DNA of 20,000 nucleotides from Trichoplax sp. H2 (Eukaryota): NCBI GenBank assembly GCA_003344405.1, contig NOWV01000288.1, positions 44,042 to 64,041 of the forward strand, read 5' to 3'. Shown piece by piece: positions 11,199 to 20,000 of this stretch (position 1 is its first letter; each line of letters starts with the position of its first letter). The notes under the pieces were generated by a model. It saw only the letters and a program-made list of their open reading frames with translations, ran no database searches and was not told where the DNA came from. The position numbers and the translations under genes were made by a program.

Positions 11199-13175
11199 AA
11201 TTATACCATAGTATTCGGTTGTTGGAACTGAACTATTTGGTGATATAGCTAATCTCGCCTCTTTAAGTTAGTAAGTGGCGTTCTACGCAAGGATTGGCGT
11301 GTGTAGACTACTTTGTCACTAGTGGTGTGTGACACCGCCATTCTGCAATTTGTGAAAATATTCCAAGTTTGAGTTTATTTTTGGGTGCTTACTTTAATGC
11401 AGTTTGCAATTAAAAATGGTACGGAACACGAAACATTATATGCATTTAAATTATGTTCTCGTTCTCTTGCAACGTTTTTAAATACAACTAGAGTTTAAGT
11501 TAAAGATTTGAAGCCAATTACCGCCGTAATAACTTATTTGAGATTGTTTACACTTAGAACACCTGCCATTTTTAAATTTAATTATAGGTATCACAATATC
11601 AAATTTAATGACATTATGATGCTTTAAATTTGAAAAAATTAAAAATAATTAACTGCTATCGATATGATATTTATTATACAGTATAAGCTATGTTGAAGTA
11701 ATAGGATATTTTTTATTCAAATATTGTTCAGTGGAGTGAAATCAATTAATGTCACTACAGTAATAATTAAAAGTCCTTAGGCATTGTAATCCCATAGATT
11801 ATATTTATTGGGAGTAAATGGTCCATATCTTTAATATTATAAAAATAACATTTCTGCCATAGCTGATATTCATGAAATTAACGTTATTTTTATGTTTTAT
11901 TGCATTTAGATATTTAAGTAATTCTAGTATTTTTTAATTCTATAAAATACTTCTTATTTAAAATTAAGACAAGTCATGATTATTCAGGAATTGGATATTG
12001 GTTGAATGTATTCATTGTAATCGGGATAAATTTTTTTGTCAAAAAGATTGTGTAGGTGAATGGACTGAAGTTTAAATTAACATAGATTAAGCATATTATG
12101 CTCTATGTGATCGGAATGCTATATGCTACGGTAATAGATCGAATAAAATTCAGTATTACAGATATCAGCATTTTTAAGAGCTTTGATCTAGATTACAGTT
12201 TACCTATTACGATTACCTATCCTAAGGGCGTAGAAAAAGTACTATAGATATTAGCTAGTAGTACTGCTTGGAAATTTTAATTCAAATCAATTCATTAATA
12301 TAGTTATTTAATTCTGTACTTCCGTTTCGTGATCTTAAATGATGATATCATTATTATTAGTTGCCAATACATTTTGTTTAAGATAAATTTACTAGTCTTG
12401 GTCAAACACTTGCTAAAGGCATAGTTTGTCTAAAGTTTTCTACAGACTTTTTGCGGCACCTTTAAATGAAAGAGAAGCGAACAACAAAGTTCAGTTACAG
12501 AAAGTAAATCTGAATTTAGATATTCTAGATGCTCTTTCTATTTATATCTAGTGAATTTTGCTCTTGGTAGTTGATATTTAGTGAAATTTAGTAATACTGT
12601 ACTAATGTAATTTGATTCAACATGAGACCTGAAAGTAAAAAGCATTAGCAGATGGGGCTTATTTAAATTATTTGATGACTATAGCTCTTTATGTCAGCCT
12701 TTAATTAGCTATCTATTTGCATGCATTCCTTCATTCCGAAAACGAATATTGCTGACTCTAGAAAGTCTTTATTTCAAATACGTTACTGAGGAAATTTGCA
12801 TGTAAACATAGAAATAAGCCATAAAAGCTGTTCTGTTTTGCTATATCTTAATATTCATGGTTAGCAAAATATAACGGGATAACGTCGTTACTTTGCAATC
12901 ATGTTCAGGATATAAAGCATTCGTGTAATTGTGATTAATAATAGAATCTCTAGTTTACAGAGCGGGAAGTTTTTGGGACTTTCATATTTCCCTTTTCATT
13001 TACTAATTAACGACATTACTCCAGAAAATGTGAACTTAATGTAGTGCTGTAGTTATCAGTAACTAATGTTTATATGGATTTTCTAAGAAGGAACTCATTT
13101 TTCAATAAAATTAGGGCTCAGTTTTATCTGTGAGAGACTAGTAGTATTATGGTAGTCGTGATTTTGTTATGCGTT

Positions 13176-13353
13176 GTTATATATTGTACTGGCATACTAG
13201 TACCTTAGATATTCTGTAACTCGTGTACTATCTACGGTACGTCTTAAATTGGCTCTGGCTCATAAAACTGAAATGCTATTGTGCTAAATAATGCTAATAT
13301 GTTGATATTGGTTATATATTGTACGCATGGTCAATGCATATATATTCTGTAAC
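13176..13353. repeat. Short diverged direct repeat, offset about 134 bp
   Basis: GTTATATATTGTAC at 13176 and 13311, each followed about 18 nt later by ATATTCTGTAAC (13209 and 13342). Confidence 0.55.
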
Positions 13354-14912
13354 AACTAACGTTATGGAGGTTTTCATTTAATCTAATTCTCGAGTAGGGA
13401 AGGGTTTGTCTTAGTCAGTCATCAGGCTGCAATTTGAATCACTGATTATATCCGAAGATATATATAGGGTTGTAGGAAAACTAGATTACGTTAAGCCCCG
13501 GGTAAATAAGATAGTAGATTGGAGGAGTTAGAGGCACTCTATTAGGTGTTATAAGCCGAGCAGATTATTAGTGGATAGTGCTAGAGATGTTAGTCGTACA
13601 GTTAAGTGGGACTGCATGGTGCCTCGATAAGCAGCACCAGCACGTTTCAGTAAATCACCTATGATTGGCCCAAGGTAAGGGATGACGATCATACGTATCT
13701 TGGGGTCTTGCATTCGCAAGAACCATATTAAAAATCAACTACAATAAGGAGTAGCATACGTTAAGGGCTAAAATTCCCTTGTGTGACTAGATACTGTAAG
13801 ATTGGAAATAGCACTGATCATAAGTGTGCAGTCGAATAACGTCTGAATACCCATTAGTAAAATATAGGTAATTTTAATGTTTGAGCATCATCGCACGTTG
13901 ATTAATAATGTATCGTGAACTGCCGCTCTAATATAATAGGAGTACCAATAATTCCCAACGGCAGACAATTAGTAAACCAAATTTCAACAACTGCTCTCCT
14001 TGCCGGTAGGTGATCATCCACAGTTAGAGTGGTATTATAGCTAGATGTCGGAAAGACAAATCAGACAGTAGACTCGTAGTATTAGTTTCTATAGCGAGAC
14101 ATTCGATTTGTTGCCTTTGCTCAAGTAAATTTTTAAGTTTTTAATAATTGACCTAGTTAAATTTGTTTACTGGCTCTTAAAATTTTTACGTAGTAGTATT
14201 TTCTCCACCGTAATGTTAAAATTTAATAGCAATAAACAGCTTAGTAACAAAACCTATTCTACTGACTGTAATAAAAGTGTAAATCACAGAAGTAATTTTA
14301 TAAAAACAGATTTATTACTAATTCTCGATTCAGATATTAATAGAATAACAACCTCTGATAGGCAAGGAAAACTTCCTATAACAGCAGATCTTAAAAAGAA
14401 GGGCTAAAAACAACAATGACAGAAAAGCGTAGCTGCTTAAATACGTTATCTAACTTGTTTACACATAACAATACAAGCTTATTGTTTAAAATCTATCTTA
14501 TCAAGGAAGATAATCGAACGCATTCGCTGTGGAGGTCTTACTAGGTAATTTAGTAAACAAGGAATTAATGAAAAGGGCTTGAATAGTTAGCGACTTCTGT
14601 TAGAGTTTACTTGTTATTGTTACGAAAATATTCTTCCCTGACGCACTTAAGATAATTGATCCTATCATTATCGGTGATTTTTTAGTGAAATGCATAGTGA
14701 CATCAGGTCATCAAAAGCAAAAAAGGTCAGGATTCTTTTTGTTCATATAGTCGACCAAGAAAGCCCTTGCAGATCACCCAAAAATAATGCTTCTGAATTT
14801 CGTATAAGCTATCTTTTCTGTTTTAATTGTTACGATATAGAAAAAGCATTGTTTGCTTTTCCTACAATATACTTAGAATGATACGAAGCGTTTATCCCCA
14901 AAGGGGTTAAAG

Positions 14913-14920
14913 TATAAATA
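14913..14920 (+). promoter_or_regulatory. Candidate TATA box of the secreted peptide gene
   Basis: TATAAATA lies about 60 nt upstream of a plausible donor (CTG|GTAATT at 14978), which pairs with a good acceptor (TTTCTTGCTCTAG ending at 15212) just before the ATG. Confidence 0.45.
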
Positions 14921-14977
14921 AGACTGTTTAGAAATTATTGCCGTAAAGGCTTATTAAATTTTCATCAACCATAACTG

Positions 14978-15212
14978 GTAATTTGAAAACATGCCGATAG
15001 TATTTAAGAATTCACTATTAACTGTACTACCGTAAAGTGATGAAACATATTCTATATTCAGATAATTTTTAATCGCAGATTAGCCAAATTAGAGAGTGTT
15101 AATTGTAATTTCGAAGATAATTTAAATTTATTGCCAATAGCATGTTACAATAAATTTATTTAAAAGTTGAATGTTATTAGTAATGATCGAATTTCAATAT
15201 TTCTTGCTCTAG
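14978..15212 (+). other. Predicted 5'-UTR intron of the secreted peptide gene
   Basis: GTAATT...TTTCTTGCTCTAG. The ATG at 15244 follows in an AACATGG Kozak-like context. Confidence 0.5.
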
Positions 15213-15243
15213 ATTTAAGTTATACTAGCTTTATTTCGGAAAC

Positions 15244-15453
15244 ATGGATTTCAGAATCAGATTGCTGATAGTAGCGTGTGCCTTATTTATGATAAGTGCG
15301 AGTGTAAGCGCCGATAAAGATATCTCTGAGTTAATAGAAGAGGAAGAAAGCAATGCAAAAGAATTTGAACCAGAAGAAGATCGAGGTGATGATGTTCAAT
15401 TTTTGATGGATCGAGAAACTTTTGATTCTGAGATAAAAAGTGCAGAAGATAAG
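15244..15453 (+). CDS. Secreted prepropeptide, coding exon 1 (signal peptide plus acidic propiece, 70 codons)
   Basis: MDFRIRLLIVACALFMISASVSA is a typical signal peptide ending in VSA. The next 47 residues contain 20 Asp/Glu. A phase-0 donor AAG|GTCAGA lies at 15454. Confidence 0.88.
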
Positions 15454-15721
15454 GTCAGAGAAGTCTTCGATACTTTGTGTCCATAATAAAATGCATCTGC
15501 TAGTAACGTGTTGCTAAGGGTTTAAGATTATTTTGTGACGACCTTAGCTTATGATAGACTTTTTCCTTTTATTATATTGCTTATATATTCGTCGTTTTTG
15601 ATTTGCAATGCATTTTAGCTATCCTTATAATCTTAATATTTATCTTTTAATAAATCCTAATACGTCTTTTGTTATTTTACATCTACACCATTAATAATAT
15701 TTGTAAATGGTTTATGCGTAG

Positions 15722-15790
15722 AAATTGTGGGGTCGGCGTCGTCGTCGTCGACTACGACTATCTGGTATTGCACCTGAAGGGAAATCACAG
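15722..15790 (+). CDS. Secreted prepropeptide, coding exon 2 (KLWGRRRRRRLRLSGIAPEGKSQ)
   Basis: TAG acceptor ending at 15721, consensus donor CAG|GTAAGT at 15791, 69 nt, phase 0/0, open, and locally GC-rich in AT-rich surroundings. Confidence 0.85.
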
Positions 15791-15868
15791 GTAAGTTTTC
15801 AGTTTTAAATTTGCAAAATTACTTTGTCCTATGTTGGGATAAAATCATTTTTTATCTACTATATTAAG

Positions 15869-15925
15869 TTTTGGGGACGCCGTCGCCGTAGACGACCGAA
15901 TCGTCCTAGTCCTGGTAAATCTATG
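15869..15925 (+). CDS. Secreted prepropeptide, coding exon 3 (FWGRRRRRRPNRPSPGKSM)
   Basis: AAG acceptor ending at 15868 after a 78-nt intron, donor ATG|GTAAGC at 15926, 57 nt, phase 0/0, paralogous to exon 2. Confidence 0.85.
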
Positions 15926-16509
15926 GTAAGCTACAAAATTATTTCCAGATCTTATTAAGATTTAAATTATAATTATCATGAACCTATAGGTGAAAATGTC
16001 ACCTAGATGTAGAAAATAAGAAATTGTTATATTTATATGTTCATACTGGAATACATGCGGAGTTTGTAATTCAAAGTTTCTACTAGACAATTAATAGCAA
16101 AATTGTAGCTTAGTCATCGTCTATTCTTAACTTTAACTTGAATCTCAGCTTCTCTTATCAATTAGCTATTATTATTTTAAAAACTTTGTTCGTTATCAAC
16201 CGTTAATTACACCTCAACGTTTATTTTGATAATTTACAAGCTTTACTGTCTGAACTCATTATCTTTAAAATAGCTTATCCCAAGAAAGTGTATTGTAGTA
16301 TTTAAAAGATGTTATAGTAACAAAACATTCTATATCGATAATGCTTAATAACGAACTTTAGCTCATGCTTCCACATACTGAGACGTCGAAGTGTATATTT
16401 GAGTGGTTAAGTAATCTAGATACTTACCACATTAAATATATGATGTATTTGCTCTAGTAGAGGTAAATCATGATTTAACTGATACCTAATTTTGCGTTTA
16501 ACTATATAG

Positions 16510-16518
16510 GAATGGTAA
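16510..16518 (+). CDS. Secreted prepropeptide, candidate terminal coding exon (EW*). The alternative is 15990-16019 (VKMSPRCRK*).
   Basis: CTAAT branch-like motif followed by TTTGCGTTTAACTATATAG|GAA TGG TAA, with AATAAA at 16720-16725. The sequence alone cannot separate this from the nearer acceptor ending at 15989. Confidence 0.45.
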   Translation, partial: EW

Positions 16519-17866
16519 ATAATCTATGTTTTGAGAAGATAGAACCCGCCATGTTGATTTTTAGTTAGGAAATTTGTCTTGTTAAATTTATGCTAGGAGT
16601 AAACACTAGGTTTTCTTCATGGAAAAATATCCTTAGTAACCGACGGTCAGTCATTACGAAGATGATTAGTATAGAGTTTTCCTAATCGTTATATTTTGCA
16701 TGTTAATTGTACTTTGGACAATAAAATACTATGTCTATCTGAAGAGGTTAAGAGACTGATTCGTTTTTATGATCACTTCGTGATTAATTAAGAAATTGTT
16801 TCAAAAATATTATTTCCGAGATAAATGAGTTTCAGTAGCAATTAAATATCATACATTAATTTACTCTAACATTAATTGTGATTTTCGATATACTTCAAAA
16901 GAAACGAAATAATAGGCTTGCTTTTGTCTATTGATAAAGTTTACGAACATATGTTGTAGAATGTTTCTAAGTTTTGCCAGATCTTTCTAAGATAGTGTTG
17001 AAAAGAAATGACATGAAGGCAAGTAGTAAATATCGTACTTAAAGCAATATCTTTAAACTTAATTTAACATCTTCCAAGGAAAATTTCAATCGCCTAAAGA
17101 AATCATATCACTGAAATAACTATAGCTTTCGTCGTATCACTACTACAATTGTGATACGGATAACTTTCTAAATATGAAAGTATAGCTAGCTCTAACTTGG
17201 TTGCTACTAAGTGTCTTCAGCCACTTTGACCTAATTAAACTACCTTAGTCAGTTAAGTACTTATGAAATGCTTCACTCTAGGTAAAAACCTTTAATAAAT
17301 AAGCACTTTCACTACAGTTTCATCAATTGTACATATTTCTCCTTTCAGATATTTAAGTATGAAGCTCTTTATACCTTTAGCAAGGTTAGCACGTACACAA
17401 GTGATATTCAAAACATATACAAATTATACATTCTCTATAGTAAATTAATTCTAATATAGATTTATATGAGATTCATTCCTATTAATTCATTTTACTCGCT
17501 ATTTAGTTGGACAATTAACCACTAGCCATACTTTCTTGCAATAATGTACGAAAAAAATTAATTTAAAGATACCACCCCAAATTCCCATTGACAACACAAT
17601 TTAAAACTAATCTCTATCACTACAACAGTTTCTGAAATTAACAATCGAATCATATTTCCAAGAACAGTTTTGCGAGCGCAAATTACACTATTTTATTAAT
17701 TAAAGAATATTCTAGTAAACATTTATGATTTTAATTTATCTTTATGTTATCTATACTGTAGCAAGCTGTTAGTAGTGAAGAAAGTTGGCTAGCTTATTTA
17801 TTCACTTCAGATATGGGTAGACCTTATTGACAGCGTGAAAATTCTAATGCGATATAATAGTAACCT

Positions 17867-18665
17867 ATTGTCACAAAACAGCTTTGCAACAAGATAACGT
17901 AATGTACGATCAATAAGTCAATTCCTAGAACCACGTATCAAGGAATGATATCTGCACTATCACAAACACTTTTGCTCTACTAGCAGACTACAGAAAGACT
18001 TAGACGCCTCGTATTTTACGTTAAAAAACTAAGTTTGAGAATCCACTTTATTACACGATATACTGCATTTATATACTATCCCTCAACAGTTCATAAGTCA
18101 TAGTTAGTACGATTAACTTTGGAATTATTTACTGAATTAGATATTAATTATAGCTACTGTTCCCTTAATGCAGACAACAATATTTACGAACATAGACATC
18201 TGGTGACTAATACAGAATAGTCAGATTACGATATGTCCTATCGCGGAACATTTCCACGATAATTTACAATCTACCGTAAGTAAATTACAATCACAATGAT
18301 TCGAACTGCAAGTAGATGATTTGCATTCCCTATTATAACTATTAATTTCAGTATGTGTATATGTGTCTCTGTCATTGTCACAAACCAGCTTCGTGACAAG
18401 GATAACGTAAAACAAATCTCTAAATTACTATAGTCTCCGGGATTCATTATCCCTACTTACAAGAATTTAGACGCCTTTGATTCTACGTTAAAACAACTAT
18501 ACAATTGAGAACTGCTTTATTCAACTATCTGACGGGCTTATATATACACTTCTACAGCAGCTAACATTCATGAGTCATCTTATAAAAATACTTAGATGAG
18601 AACATCTACCAACTAATTTTTCACAGTCGGACTACAATATGTCCATTCACAGAATCATTTCAGTA
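17867..18665. repeat. Diverged tandem duplication, period about 470-510 bp
   Basis: ATTGTCACAAAACAGCTTTGCAACAAGATAACGTAA (17867) matches ATTGTCACAAACCAGCTTCGTGACAAGGATAACGTAA (18374). TTAGACGCCTCGTATTTTACGTTAAAA (18000) matches TTAGACGCCTTTGATTCTACGTTAAAA (18467). TTCATAAGTCAT matches TTCATGAGTCAT further on. Boundaries are approximate. Confidence 0.75.
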
Positions 18666-20000
18666 CACATTACAGCACAGCAATAAATTTACTGTAATAC
18701 ATTTATAATTAGAGTAATTCCTATTGTAAGTAACTAGTTGTAATATAATATCACTATATTATATTAACCTAATTTAGATAGCTATTTCTTCACGGTAGTT
18801 CGTACCGTGACAGTCATAAAAAGTCAATGCTATATTAAAGTACAGTATATCCAAATTAGAAGCTAACTAAATAAAGATAGGCTAACAAAATTATCCTAAC
18901 ATAGATATTTCTACTCTAATACAGTATATAACACCGTCACACCTATACTAATAATCTATACTAATAGTTACTGTAGTTTGTAACCATTAATAGTGTAGTG
19001 ACATTGTTTAGTTTTCGGGCAAGTTTAGATTTTTTGTCCTATATCTATTACTGGTACAATATATTGTAAGAAAAATTAGTTTTTAACTCATAATCATTTT
19101 GTAACTGATTGTTGTATAAGCTGTGAATTTTTTCCATAATAATTTTGATGATATGATTATAATTATAGCTAGATATTCTTTATAGTAAACTGAACCTAAC
19201 TTATATGATAAAGTGAAGTTTACGTACAAGAAACCTTAATTCTGTTTATTATTTCGAAAACACTTTGTCACAAATATAACTTGTACCATATCGTAATTCC
19301 TTAATTTAAATAATAAGTTAAGAGTGACTGTAGACTTTCGTCATTTTATATTTAATACGACTAGTTTATGACCAATTAAGACGTAGCTTATCTGGCTCTT
19401 ACTCAAACTAAACAAAGTAGAAGAAAGAAAAACATTCATTAACTTTAGATTTTTCCTTGGGGCTAGTAATTAATGATGTTTACTAAACTGTAGCACGAAT
19501 GAATGAAGCTCGCAATCCTATAAAACTATTGTTAAGGTGTGACCTTTCAGCTCAAAAGATAATTTTGATGCAAATCAATGTATAAATCATTAACAATAAA
19601 ATTTGTGTAATGAAATGAAATGTGTAGAGATCAAGCTACGAAACTTTAACAAACTTTGATTCTACTTTCGTTGCACTCCGGTCGACTTAACGCTAATACT
19701 TTGACACCAAATAAAATTTGGGGAAATAACCGAACAACAATTTATTTCAAAACAAAAATGGAGAGAAGTATAAACCGAACAACCTTACAAATACTTAGCT
19801 TTAAGTATTATTAAAATAAATGACAGACTTAAAAACTGTCAACGACCAAACAACCTTTCAAAAAGAAGAACGTTTTAACTTACGACAATTCGACCCCGAA
19901 GGCCTTTTAAATTCAACAAGTTCTTCAAATAAAATCTTCTTCTACTCTCTCTCTAAATTTTCTAATTGCACTATCATTTATAGGCTTCGTAGAGCCGTCA

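Larger units (their letters stand above)
10684..11334 (-). mobile_element. LTR-like insertion (solo LTR or ends of an LTR retrotransposon). Only 10684-10821 and 11199-11334 are element sequence; the interior is unresolved.
   Basis: The termini are TGTTAAT... (10684) and ...TGTGACA (11334), flanked by the direct repeat CCGCC at 10679-10683 and 11335-11339. The empty site at 10985-10989 has a single CCGCC joining the same left and right flanks. On the minus strand the element begins TGTCACAC, has CCAAT and TATAAT-like motifs before the gap, and has ATTAAA about 60 nt before the ACA end. Orientation is tentative. Confidence 0.75.

Noticed and set aside
13348..13626. TGTAAC...CA followed by TGGTGCCTCG as an LTR plus primer-binding site (the same 10-mer occurs at 3651)
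   Set aside because: The match is short, with no second LTR, no TSD and no gag/pol ORF downstream.
14213..14881. Short plus-strand ORFs 14213-14407 and 14690-14881
   Set aside because: No recognisable motifs or splice support. Their lengths are compatible with chance, and the second lies in the putative promoter region.
15454..15486. C-terminus VREVFDTLCP of the 80-aa ORF
   Set aside because: Most likely intron read-through past the AAG|GTCAGA donor. Downstream in-frame exons with strong splice sites exist.
15734..15751. (CGT)n microsatellite
   Set aside because: It is the coding hexa-Arg run. The paralogous exon encodes the same run with mixed codons.
18221..18415. Cys-rich 64-aa minus-strand ORF as a defensin- or toxin-like peptide
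   Set aside because: No signal peptide, a non-ATG start, no recognisable Cys pattern, and it straddles the junction of a non-coding duplication.
1..20000. CRISPR arrays, prokaryotic operons, tRNA or rRNA genes
   Set aside because: No regularly spaced repeats or recognisable structural RNA sequence were seen. The gene structure is eukaryotic.

Overview
AT-rich eukaryotic (animal) genomic DNA from a draft assembly with two 20-N gaps. The compact introns and divergent intronless class A GPCRs suggest an early-branching animal such as a placozoan; this is inference only. (1) A tandem minus-strand cluster holds three paralogous rhodopsin-like GPCR loci in three states. One is a decayed pseudogene (about 2123-3082) that the ORF track shows only as two short ORFs. 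One is intact (7245-8204). The third (9696 to about 10682) is separated from its start codon by a TGT...ACA element with a 5-bp CCGCC target-site duplication, and an uninserted copy of the same site sits between the two gaps, which points to a heterozygous LTR-like insertion. (2) A plus-strand multi-exon gene (CDS from 15244) encodes a secreted prepropeptide: signal peptide, very acidic propiece, KK, then two duplicated phase-0 micro-exons each encoding [L/F]WGRRRRRR...GKS. It is a candidate cationic antimicrobial peptide or W-amide peptide precursor, and the ORF track misses its mature region. (3) Some diverged non-coding duplications and weak LTR-relic candidates.
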